Part shown: one piece after another, positions 28,989-38,134 of the stretch
Numbering within the stretch: position 1 is the stretch's first letter
Layout of the letters: each line of letters opens with the position of its first letter
DNA from: Elusimicrobiales bacterium
GTDB lineage: Bacteria > Elusimicrobiota > Elusimicrobia > Elusimicrobiales > UBA9959
Length of the DNA stretch: 64,000 bases
Direction of reading: 5' to 3'
NCBI GenBank assembly: GCA_049972095.1
Contig: JBMFKQ010000004.1
Coordinates: 5,727 to 69,726, forward strand
Program-made: the position numbers and the translations under genes
Notes under the pieces: generated by a model
The model's input: the letters and a program-made list of their open reading frames with translations, nothing else
Database searches by the model: none
Told to the model about the DNA's origin: nothing

Positions 28989-29591
28989 CTAAAGTTTAAG
29001 ACTGTAAAAACCATCTCCTTCAGGTATAAATCCTAACCTTTCAAGGTATAATCTGTAAATTTTGTTTGAAGAATATGTTCTAAGAATAGCATTCTTAAAC
29101 TCAGGATTTGATGATAAATACGCAAAGAAATTTACTGCATTTTTAAAATCTCTCCAATCAGCAACTATATAGTCAATCTCTATCATAATACTCTTATCAC
29201 TAATCTTTTTATATCCAAAAATGCCTACAAAAACAAAATTTCTTATTATTATGTAATACGAAAGACTTTTCAAATCCTTTCTATCAACATCAGGAAAATA
29301 TCTTTTTATATCATCAATATTTTCTTTAATAAAAGCTTCAATTAGCTCATTATAATTCATAGGAACAAATCTAAAATGCCCCAGTTCTTTCTTAAGCCTA
29401 TGTATGTAGTACATATCAACTATAGCTATAAACAGATTTACAAGCCACACAGCATGAGCTTTTATCATAAAACCATACATCACAAAAAGCAAAGCACCAA
29501 ATAGATTAACTATTCTAAGCTTTAAAACATTTTTCATTAGAAGTGACAAAGCAATAACAAAAGAACCAATATATCCTATGATTTCAGTCAT
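28989..29591 (-). CDS. YgjV-like membrane domain plus GNAT-like C-terminal domain
   Basis: IGYIGS..ALSLLMKNVLKLRIVNLFG..LF..YG; IDYI..DWRD, YLERLGF. Confidence 0.65.
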   Translation of the reverse strand: MTEIIGYIGSFVIALSLLMKNVLKLRIVNLFGALLFVMYGFMIKAHAVWLVNLFIAIVDMYYIHRLKKELGHFRFVPMNYNELIEAFIKENIDDIKRYFPDVDRKDLKSLSYYIIIRNFVFVGIFGYKKISDKSIMIEIDYIVADWRDFKNAVNFFAYLSSNPEFKNAILRTYSSNKIYRLYLERLGFIPEGDGFYSLKL

Positions 29592-29692
29592 ACAGTATAA
29601 TATTTTATTATTTTCACCAATTTAATTGATAAATCAACAAACCACAAAATTCAGCCAACTGTTTTTTATGTATATCAGTTCCTTCAATAAAA

Positions 29693-30085
29693 TCACTCTA
29701 CAACTACATCAAACTCAGGTGGATCTATAATTGTCCTTTTAACGCTACATAGACTAACACTTTCCATAAGAGCCTTTTTATATTTTTCTGGAAAGTTAGA
29801 TGAAAGTTTCATTTTTATAACAACCTTTGAAAGTCGGTGTTTTACGCCATCCCACTCCACCTCAAGCCACATCTTAAAGCCATCAGTATTCAACCTTCTT
29901 GTTTGAAAAAAACTTATTGCAAAAATCCCTGCACATGCTGCAAGCGAGGCCATAAAAAGATCGTATGGTGTCGGAGCTGTTCCATCTCCACCTGCCTCAA
30001 CTGGTTGATCAGTTTTTATCTCAAAACCTCTAAATTTTACATTAACCTTTTTGTTTCCAGCAAAGATAACCTCAATCTTTTCCAT
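29693..30085 (-). CDS. OsmC family protein
   Basis: TDQPVEAGGDGTAPTPYDLFMASLAAC, second Cys in LCSVKRTI. Confidence 0.9.
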   Translation of the reverse strand: MEKIEVIFAGNKKVNVKFRGFEIKTDQPVEAGGDGTAPTPYDLFMASLAACAGIFAISFFQTRRLNTDGFKMWLEVEWDGVKHRLSKVVIKMKLSSNFPEKYKKALMESVSLCSVKRTIIDPPEFDVVVE

Positions 30086-30098
30086 AACCTACCTCCTT

Positions 30099-30770
30099 TT
30101 ACCTAAAACCAAAAATCTTGTGAATCTGCGGTAAAAATCTAATATCAAAAAGTTTTTCATAAGCAATATTATAAAGTTTTTCAATAAGTTTTACAATCCT
30201 TTTGTCAATGATTAGTCTTGAATCTGGTTGTATAAAGAACGGAATTTTTCTATCCACCTTTGCAACACAATCAACAGCAGTTCTAAAATCTGAAAGACTC
30301 ACATCCAAATCAAAAACAAGCTTTACATAAAGAGTTTTGCCTTTTGAAAGATTTAAAAAACTAATATGCTCATCCCATAGAGCCTTTCCACAATACTGTG
30401 GAAGTTTTATATCAGCAGAAATAATATCTATCATCTTTCTAATGCGAATAAAGCTTTGTGGTAATGTAGCGTTTGTCTCAAGAAGATATCTATGATTCAA
30501 ACCTAAGTCTTTTATAACATTTGATATAAAATCTGAATAAAGAAGCGGCTCACCACCTGTAAAAGAAATCACATCTGTTTTATTTAAAAGGCTTTTTATC
30601 TTCTCGACCACATTAAAAACACTCATTTTTTTCCATTTTTTTGTGCTCTCATCACAATAACTACATCTCAGATTACATCCATAAAACCTAACAAATATGT
30701 GTTTTTGTCCAACAAAAAGCCCTTCACCCTGAAATGAATCAAAAATCTCACTTACCTTGGCATAAATCAT
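30099..30770 (-). CDS. queE: 7-carboxy-7-deazaguanine synthase (radical SAM)
   Basis: EIFDSFQGEG, CNLRCSYCD, TGGEPL, PQIHK. Confidence 0.92.
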   Translation of the reverse strand: MIYAKVSEIFDSFQGEGLFVGQKHIFVRFYGCNLRCSYCDESTKKWKKMSVFNVVEKIKSLLNKTDVISFTGGEPLLYSDFISNVIKDLGLNHRYLLETNATLPQSFIRIRKMIDIISADIKLPQYCGKALWDEHISFLNLSKGKTLYVKLVFDLDVSLSDFRTAVDCVAKVDRKIPFFIQPDSRLIIDKRIVKLIEKLYNIAYEKLFDIRFLPQIHKIFGFR

Positions 30771-31423
30771 AAGGCAGGATCCTTTATTCCAAGCTCACTA
30801 AAACCCTTTGCTCTAAGCCTACATGCATCACATCTTCCACAAGGTTTTTTACCACCTTCATAACAAGACCAACTATATTCAATTGGTGCTTTTAATCTAA
30901 GAGCAAGCTCAATTATCTCTTTTTTTGAAAGATTTATTATTGGAGTCAATATTTTGATATTTCCCTTTTTTGTGCCATATTTCAAAGCATTGTTAAGATG
31001 TATATAGAAAGCTGGTCTGCAGTCAGGATATCCTGAAAAATCTATTGCATTCGGTCCCATTACTATGTAATCAAAGCCATAACTATCAGCATAAGAAGCA
31101 AGAAGAGATGCAAAAACAAGGTTTCTTGCAGGTACATATGTTGAAGGTATTAGGTTATTAGTTATTTTATCAACAGGATTATTAGGTAGTGGAATATTTT
31201 TGGATACAAGACTACTTACCTTAAGCCATGGCAACACAAGCTTAACCTCAATCAGCTTAACCCCAAGAATCTTAGATATTTTTCTGGCTGAGTCAATCTC
31301 CCTTTTATGACGCTGTCCATAGTCAAAAATAACTGCAACAGTTTTATACCCTTTTCTCAAAGACCACATAAGGCATGTTGTTGAGTCAAGCCCTCCAGAA
31401 AAACTAACAACTGCTTTTTTCAT
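30767..31423 (-). CDS. queC: 7-cyano-7-deazaguanine synthase
   Basis: SGGLDST, DYGQRH, TYVPARN, GYPDCRP, SCY..CGRCDAC. Confidence 0.96.
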   Translation of the reverse strand: MKKAVVSFSGGLDSTTCLMWSLRKGYKTVAVIFDYGQRHKREIDSARKISKILGVKLIEVKLVLPWLKVSSLVSKNIPLPNNPVDKITNNLIPSTYVPARNLVFASLLASYADSYGFDYIVMGPNAIDFSGYPDCRPAFYIHLNNALKYGTKKGNIKILTPIINLSKKEIIELALRLKAPIEYSWSCYEGGKKPCGRCDACRLRAKGFSELGIKDPAL

Positions 31424-31455
31424 ACCCCACTCCCACAAAACCTCCTTTGTTTTTA

Positions 31456-32745
31456 TCAAACCTCATCTATCACCCTGCACCTTCTCAACCTACCATAAGC
31501 TGATACAACATTAACTCTATAAAAACAACCTAACCTCATATCTCTATCCGTCTCAAAAATGCCATCTATATCTGGAGCATCCATATATGATCTTGCACAT
31601 CTTTGAGAATCAGCAATAACAACAAAATCTCTTCCCTGTATTTTTCTATTGAGCTCATTAAGCTTTATAGATGCTTTTGAAAGGAGTATTTTATATCTTT
31701 CATTCTTAATATTAGAGGGAATCTGTTTAAAAAAGTAAGAAGAGCTTCCTTTTTCACGAGAATATTTAAAGAGATTTACATATGCAAAAGGATAATCATC
31801 AATAATCCTTACAACCTTCCTAAAATCAGATTCTGTCTCATATGGAAAGCCAACTATAAAATTCGTCCTTACTGCTGCATCTTTAATCTCACTGAATATC
31901 ATATCAAGTAAATCTCTCATCATAACTTCATCATATCTTCTGTTCATAAGCCTTAAGATCTTTGAAGAGGCATGCTGAAGAGGGATATCAAAATATGGAA
32001 GAAGTTTTTTTGAGTTTTTCATATACTCAATTAGATCCCTACAAATCTCTGAAGGATAAAGATACATCAACCGTATCCATGAAAGTGAGGGAATTTTTTC
32101 AAGCCTTTCAATTAGGCTAATAATGGATTTTTTACCATATATATCACTTCCATATCTAAGCGTATCCTGAGATATTAAAACCAATTCCCTAACCCCACAA
32201 TCTGCAAGAGCTTTTGCCTCAGCTATTAATTCTTCAATATTTCGTGATCTAAAATATCCCCTTATATTAGGTATCACGCAGTAGCTACACATATTATTAC
32301 AACCCTCAGATATTTTAAGATAAGCAACATGGTTTTTAGTAAGAAGAAACCTTGAACTATGATGGAAATATGATGATGTTGATATTAGTCTTTGAGATGA
32401 GCGAGTAGTCACAAACCTTTCAAGCCCATCAAGTGACTCAACATCAACAAAGGCATCAACATCTGGATATCTTTTTAATATACTTTGCTTATACCTTGAG
32501 ACCATACATCCTGCAACAACAACTTTTTTTATTGCACCCTTTTTCTTAAAATCAATAAACTTCTTTATAACCCTATCAGATTCTCTTGTCGCTGATGAAA
32601 GAAAAGAGCATGTGTTTATAATAACCACATCACACTCAATTTCACTTGTAAAAATATATCCATTCCTCACAAAAATATCAGCAATTCTTTCGCTGTCAAC
32701 AAGATTTTTTGGACATCCAAGGCTTACAAGATGAAATCTTTTCAC
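31456..32745 (-). CDS. rimO: Ribosomal protein S12 methylthiotransferase
   Basis: SLGCPKNLVDSE, INTCSF, AYLKISEGCNNMCSYC, DAPDIDG. Confidence 0.93.
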   Translation of the reverse strand: MKRFHLVSLGCPKNLVDSERIADIFVRNGYIFTSEIECDVVIINTCSFLSSATRESDRVIKKFIDFKKKGAIKKVVVAGCMVSRYKQSILKRYPDVDAFVDVESLDGLERFVTTRSSQRLISTSSYFHHSSRFLLTKNHVAYLKISEGCNNMCSYCVIPNIRGYFRSRNIEELIAEAKALADCGVRELVLISQDTLRYGSDIYGKKSIISLIERLEKIPSLSWIRLMYLYPSEICRDLIEYMKNSKKLLPYFDIPLQHASSKILRLMNRRYDEVMMRDLLDMIFSEIKDAAVRTNFIVGFPYETESDFRKVVRIIDDYPFAYVNLFKYSREKGSSSYFFKQIPSNIKNERYKILLSKASIKLNELNRKIQGRDFVVIADSQRCARSYMDAPDIDGIFETDRDMRLGCFYRVNVVSAYGRLRRCRVIDEV

Positions 32746-33683
32746 CTGCTAATAAATCCTTTCTCCTCAAGTTTCCTAAATATGTAAAAGATAAACCATG
32801 CTATAAAAACAGAGAGTACAAAAAACAATAGAAAAGCAACCCTTACATTTTCAATTCCAACAAAAGCACTAAGCTCAGACATACCAAACACAGAAGCAAA
32901 GTAGTTTGGAATAGAAACAGCGATTGTAATTACTGTAAGTGTCTTAAGCCAGAGGTTCATATTGTTGTTTATTATTGATGCTCTTGCATCCATAAGATTT
33001 GAAAAAACCTGAAGGTATATCTCTGCTTGGTTCTTCGCTTGAGAGTTTTCTATGTATATATCCTCAAGATATTCTATGCTTCTTTGTGTAAAATTCATTC
33101 TTTTGGCTATTGTTCTTAGTTTTTCCAAGGCATATCCATTTGAGGCTATTGCACTTGTATAATAAACAAGAGATTTTTCAAGAGTAAACATATGTATGAG
33201 ATACTTATTATCCATAGACATTGAGATCTTTGTTTCTATTTCATCTGCTATCATATTTATGACCCTCAGATGCTCTATAAAATGGTATATTGAGTTATAT
33301 ATAATCTTCAAGAATATCTCTTTTATTCCTATAACATGCTGAAAATACTTTCCTGAAAATATATTTATATCTTCATTAAGAATAACTATAAGCCTTTCTT
33401 TAAACAAGAAAAGCCCTATAGATGAAACCTTGAAAAGATAGTGATCTTTTGATGAGTAGTTTTTCGGTCTTTTAAATATAAGCTCTATTCTTTCATTATC
33501 AAACTCAACTCGCGCAGGTTCTTCAGGATCAAGAGAGGAGTTTATGTTATGTATATCAATAGAGTATTCTTGGGATATCTTTTCCTTCTCAGCCTGATTT
33601 GGATTTATAAGAAGAATTATTTTACCCTCTTTATTTTCAACCTCTAATATCTTATTATTTTCTATGGTATAGTTCTTTATCAT
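32742..33683 (-). CDS. CorA-family divalent cation transporter
   Basis: [22 protein letters not shown], two C-terminal TMs, GMS in place of GMN. Confidence 0.85.
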   Translation of the reverse strand: MIKNYTIENNKILEVENKEGKIILLINPNQAEKEKISQEYSIDIHNINSSLDPEEPARVEFDNERIELIFKRPKNYSSKDHYLFKVSSIGLFLFKERLIVILNEDINIFSGKYFQHVIGIKEIFLKIIYNSIYHFIEHLRVINMIADEIETKISMSMDNKYLIHMFTLEKSLVYYTSAIASNGYALEKLRTIAKRMNFTQRSIEYLEDIYIENSQAKNQAEIYLQVFSNLMDARASIINNNMNLWLKTLTVITIAVSIPNYFASVFGMSELSAFVGIENVRVAFLLFFVLSVFIAWFIFYIFRKLEEKGFISR

Positions 33684-34585
33684 CTTTTAACCTTTTTTCT
33701 GTCTTTAAGATACTGTGATATAGTTTTCCCTATCTCACATAGATTTTCAATCACAACTATACCCGCTCTTTTTAGTTCATCAACCTTTGCCTGGTGAGTT
33801 CCGCTCAAACCCTCAACTATTGCTCCTGCATGCCCCATTCTTCTCCCCTTTGGTGCAGTTTTACCCGCTATAAAAGCAAAAACTGGTTTTTTGACATTCT
33901 CCTTTATAAACCTTGCAGCCTCCTCCTCCGCACTTCCACCAATCTCACCTATCATTAGTATCGCATCAGTCTGTTTATCCTGATTAAAAAGGGATATGAC
34001 ATCTATAAAATTCATACCTTGTATAGGATCACCTCCTATACCAACAACACTTGATTGTCCAAGACCTTCATTGGTTATCTGCCAAACAGCTTCATAGGTA
34101 AGGGTGCCTGACCTTGAAACTATACCAACACTTCCCTTTTTATGTATATACCCTGGCATTATTCCACACTTCGCTTCACCCGGGGTAATAACCCCAGGGC
34201 AGTTTGGACCAATAAGATATACCTCCTTCTTAGAAGCTCTAATCATATTAAGATGTTTTTTTACCCTTGCCATATCAACAACTGGTATTCCTTCTGTTAT
34301 ACATATTATCACCTTTATTCCGTTATAAGCACACTCAAGAATAGAATCTGCTGCATAAGGAGCAGGCACAAAAATCATTGCGGTATCTGCCTTAGTATGA
34401 AAAACAGCATCAGAAACTGTATTAAAAACAGGCAAGCCAAGATGTTGAGTTCCACCTTTTCCAGGTGTTACTCCTGCAACAATATTTGTGCCATACTTAA
34501 TGCACTCGTTGGTATGAAAACTCCCATGACTTCCAGTCATACCACAAACCAAAACTCTGGATTTTTTATTTACCAAAATTGACAT
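33680..34585 (-). CDS. sucD: Succinyl-CoA ligase alpha subunit
   Basis: [31 protein letters not shown]. Confidence 0.97.
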   Translation of the reverse strand: MSILVNKKSRVLVCGMTGSHGSFHTNECIKYGTNIVAGVTPGKGGTQHLGLPVFNTVSDAVFHTKADTAMIFVPAPYAADSILECAYNGIKVIICITEGIPVVDMARVKKHLNMIRASKKEVYLIGPNCPGVITPGEAKCGIMPGYIHKKGSVGIVSRSGTLTYEAVWQITNEGLGQSSVVGIGGDPIQGMNFIDVISLFNQDKQTDAILMIGEIGGSAEEEAARFIKENVKKPVFAFIAGKTAPKGRRMGHAGAIVEGLSGTHQAKVDELKRAGIVVIENLCEIGKTISQYLKDRKKVKR

Positions 34586-34596
34586 AAAGCCCCCTT

Positions 34597-35751
34597 TTAA
34601 CCTGCAAGCTCAACTGCTTTTTTACAGGCAGACCATAAGTTATCTACCTGATAAAACCTCAACCCTGATTTTTCAAGCAAATCTTTTCCTTCTTTAACAT
34701 TCGTTCCTTCAAGCCTCACGACCACAGGCAGCTTTATATCAACATTTTTGGCAGCTTCAATTATTCCCTTTGCTATATTATCACATCTCATTATTCCACC
34801 AAATATATTAACAAGCACAGCCTTAACCTTTGGATCCTTCAATATAATCTTAAAAGCATTTGTTATCTGCTCTACATTCGCCCCTCCCCCCACATCAAGA
34901 AAGTTTGCAGCATTTCCACCTGCAAGATTTATTGTATCAAGGGTTGCCATAGCAAGCCCTGCACCGTTAACCATACAACCTATATTGCCATCAAGGGATA
35001 TATAGTTTATCCCTACTTTCTTTGCCTCCTTTTCAAGATCGCTTGATTCTCTGTCGGGAAGGACTTCTATATCCTTATGCCTAAAAAGGGCATTATCATC
35101 TATTATCAGCTTTGAATCAAGTGCTATAAGCTTTTTATCCTTCGTTATTACTAAAGGATTTATCTCAACAAGGCTTGCATCATATTCTATAAAAAGCCTA
35201 ACAAGATTTTTCAAAAACTCTGTAAAATCACAAAAAATCTCATTTGGTATTGATAGCTTATAAGCGAGAGCTCTTGCCTGCCACATCATAACACCACTCT
35301 CTATATCCACAGGTATTTTAATAATAAGCTCGGGAGTTTTTTGAGCAAGTTCCTCTATAGAGATTCCCCCCTCTCTTGATGCTATTATAAGTGGCATTGA
35401 AATATTTCTGTCCATTATAACCGATATATACATCTCCCTTTCAATCTCGCTTGCCTTTTCTATCAAAACCTCCTCAACCTTAACACCATTTTTACCAGTC
35501 TGGTTTGTCACAAGCATCATACCAAGCATATTCTTCACAATCTCCGATGCCTCTTTTTCATTTTTTGCAATTCTAACCCCACCTGCCTTACCCCTTCCAC
35601 CCGCAAGCACTTGTGCCTTTATAACAACAGGATATTCTATTATATTTATCTTTTTAAACTCATCATAGCTTCTAACAACACCAAATCTTTTTGCAACAGG
35701 TATAGAATACTTCTCAAAAAGCTTCTTTCCTTCATATTCAACAAGCTTCAT
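34597..35751 (-). CDS. sucC: Succinyl-CoA ligase beta subunit
   Basis: [44 protein letters not shown]; SD GGAGGTGA. Confidence 0.97.
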   Translation of the reverse strand: MKLVEYEGKKLFEKYSIPVAKRFGVVRSYDEFKKINIIEYPVVIKAQVLAGGRGKAGGVRIAKNEKEASEIVKNMLGMMLVTNQTGKNGVKVEEVLIEKASEIEREMYISVIMDRNISMPLIIASREGGISIEELAQKTPELIIKIPVDIESGVMMWQARALAYKLSIPNEIFCDFTEFLKNLVRLFIEYDASLVEINPLVITKDKKLIALDSKLIIDDNALFRHKDIEVLPDRESSDLEKEAKKVGINYISLDGNIGCMVNGAGLAMATLDTINLAGGNAANFLDVGGGANVEQITNAFKIILKDPKVKAVLVNIFGGIMRCDNIAKGIIEAAKNVDIKLPVVVRLEGTNVKEGKDLLEKSGLRFYQVDNLWSACKKAVELAG

Positions 35752-35816
35752 AAAATCACCTCCACAGGACAAAAGATGACTAATATAATTTTACAATTTT
35801 TTATCTCACCAAACTC

Positions 35817-35871
35817 AAAAAAAAACCTTTCAAATCTCCAAAGGAAATAAAAATCATTTGAGAGTTTGAAA
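35817..35871 (-). terminator. Putative intrinsic terminator after the hppA operon
   Basis: Imperfect stem TTTCAAACTCTCAAA/TTTGGAGATTTGAAA followed by GG and T9 on the minus strand. Confidence 0.55.
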
Positions 35872-35880
35872 TATAGCCAC

Positions 35881-36648
35881 TCAATGTTGAGTTCTATTTA
35901 GAGTTTTTAGCCAATTAATGACGAAATACCAGATATTCCCGTAAAACTCATGAATGAAAACAGATGAGTATCTGAAATCACCAGGTAAAAAATCAAGATA
36001 TGAAAAATTGCTGCACATATATGATGAAGGATAGAGAGAAAACTTAATTCCTTTTTTATCCAAAAGATATGCTATTCTTGGCAGATGAATAGCATCGCTT
36101 ACAGCAATAATCTTTTTAAAACCTTTTTTCTTACATATCTTGCTAATCATCTCAACATTTTCTAATGTATCCTTTGATGATGTGTCTTGATGAATCCTTT
36201 CAGCATCAACCCCAATCGATTGAAGTAGTAATGAGGACTCATAGCCAAAGGATCTTTGATTTAAAACATAACCGCCACTGACTATTACATCTATATGCTT
36301 TTTTTGATAAACTCTATATGCTGCAAAAATTCTTTGTGCTGAAATAGAATCAACAGAATACGAAGCAGAAATCTTATCTAAAAAAAAAGATACCCCCCCT
36401 CCAAAAACAGCAATAACATCCCCCTCATCAGAAGATCTTTCATAAATCTTTTCTTCAATCCTGCATATCAGATACTTCCAAAGAAAATTGGACGAAAAAA
36501 GATAAATAAAAAAAGCAAAGAATGCAGAGAGACAAAAGCTATATTTGTTCTTTTTAAAAATTGATAAAACCAAAGAAAAAATTGACAAGAGGAAAAGAAA
36601 ACCACCTGGAAGAAGAAATGCTGATATAATTTTTTTGATCTCAAACAT
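35881..36648 (-). CDS. YdcF/ElyC (DUF218) family protein
   Basis: Two N-terminal TMs, AVFGGG, IVSGG, SKDTLEN, VSDAIHLPR, HEFYG. Confidence 0.85.
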   Translation of the reverse strand: MFEIKKIISAFLLPGGFLFLLSIFSLVLSIFKKNKYSFCLSAFFAFFIYLFSSNFLWKYLICRIEEKIYERSSDEGDVIAVFGGGVSFFLDKISASYSVDSISAQRIFAAYRVYQKKHIDVIVSGGYVLNQRSFGYESSLLLQSIGVDAERIHQDTSSKDTLENVEMISKICKKKGFKKIIAVSDAIHLPRIAYLLDKKGIKFSLYPSSYMCSNFSYLDFLPGDFRYSSVFIHEFYGNIWYFVINWLKTLNRTQH

Positions 36649-38131
36649 AGATTATCAAGTAGGTTACAGATAGGTATACCAAAGCTGTCAGATATGATAT
36701 ATATTTTGATGAAAACATAAGGGTTAAAAAGGCATATAGACAGAAGCATGAAACAAGGTTTGTAAAGTTGATACCAAATGTGTAAGAGCATATAACAAGA
36801 GATGCTGAGTAAATGAATGTTATAACAGAAAGGCTAAATAACGAATCTATAAAAAGGTTATTGAATCTTTTAAATATGTTATCTGAGTAAAGATCAAATA
36901 CATAGAAGAAAAAAACAGCAATCACAACAGAAAAAAAGCTGTAACTATCTGAATAACCAAAATAAAGGACAAGATAATCATATGCTATTTTAAAGCCAAG
37001 TCCTGATGAAAGAACTGCAAGGAGAAACATATTCTTAAAAGACACAACATCACACTCAATTCTCTCAAATGAAGAATTATTCTGTATAAAATAAACAAGA
37101 TAATTATAATCTCTATGTTTAGCAGTTAAGTAGAAAAAGGGAATTAAAAGCATAAGATTGAAAATTACAAAGCGCTCATAGTTCATTGATGTATTGAATA
37201 TGTAAAACATTTTGCTTAAGAAAAAAAAGAATATGATAATAAAAAATGACATAAATGCATAATATCTCTCAAATACATCTCCCTTTACAAATACGAAAAG
37301 CATGGAAAAATAAAGTATAGCTGCAGGCAGAACAAAGAATAGATTTGAATAACTATGATATGACATATAAAAAAGTATCGCAGGATAAAAAAGTGTAAGG
37401 GATAGTCCAAAAGGTATTTTAAAATAATATTTTTTGTAGTTATCTGGGAGAAAAACAGATGCAGCTTCATTAATCATAGCACAGATAAAAAAAACTGATA
37501 TTGCATCAAAAACATATCTTACATCCGATGGCATAAGATACTTTAAGCCAAATAAAGCAGTTAAAATCATTATGAGAGATATAGATGAAGAGGTTATAAA
37601 ATAAACAATCTTAGAATATCTTTTCTCAAAGGCTGAGTATGCAAGAAAGGATAAAAAAACTGCACCTAAAAAAATAACAGGATAGTCAAAATCTATTCCT
37701 TTTTTAAAATAAAGCAAAATAAGTGCTGAATATACTGCAAAGACAACAAAGAGTTTTGAAACCACAAAGATATCTCTCACCAAATACCTCTTATCAGAAA
37801 AGACAAAAGGATAGATAATCTTTAAAAGATTAAAAGAGATAAAAACATCCGCAGATAAAAAAATAAAAAAGAGCAATGAACCATATATTAGAATAAATGA
37901 GAAGTCTTTTCTGATAAAAAAAATAAAAACAGCAAAAATAAAAACAAAGATAAAAAGAGGTATAAGCCTTCTTATTAAAAACTCACCAAAAAGCTCTTTT
38001 AATGAGTAAATTGTAATCTCGTATTCTTGTGGTGCAGTGGTTTTTAAAGATGAAGATACTTTGAAATATCTAACCGCTGCATACAAACTGGCTATGGCGG
38101 CAAGAGATATGTATAAAATAAAATGCAGCAA
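36641..38131 (-). CDS. Polytopic membrane protein (~16 TM), possible non-catalytic membrane-PPase paralogue
   Basis: 496 aa, about 16 hydrophobic segments, TTG start 3 nt after the hppA stop; N-terminus resembles PPase TM1-2; no acidic PPase motifs. Confidence 0.6.
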   Translation of the reverse strand: MLHFILYISLAAIASLYAAVRYFKVSSSLKTTAPQEYEITIYSLKELFGEFLIRRLIPLFIFVFIFAVFIFFIRKDFSFILIYGSLLFFIFLSADVFISFNLLKIIYPFVFSDKRYLVRDIFVVSKLFVVFAVYSALILLYFKKGIDFDYPVIFLGAVFLSFLAYSAFEKRYSKIVYFITSSSISLIMILTALFGLKYLMPSDVRYVFDAISVFFICAMINEAASVFLPDNYKKYYFKIPFGLSLTLFYPAILFYMSYHSYSNLFFVLPAAILYFSMLFVFVKGDVFERYYAFMSFFIIIFFFFLSKMFYIFNTSMNYERFVIFNLMLLIPFFYLTAKHRDYNYLVYFIQNNSSFERIECDVVSFKNMFLLAVLSSGLGFKIAYDYLVLYFGYSDSYSFFSVVIAVFFFYVFDLYSDNIFKRFNNLFIDSLFSLSVITFIYSASLVICSYTFGINFTNLVSCFCLYAFLTLMFSSKYISYLTALVYLSVTYLIIYV

Positions 38132-38134
38132 GAT

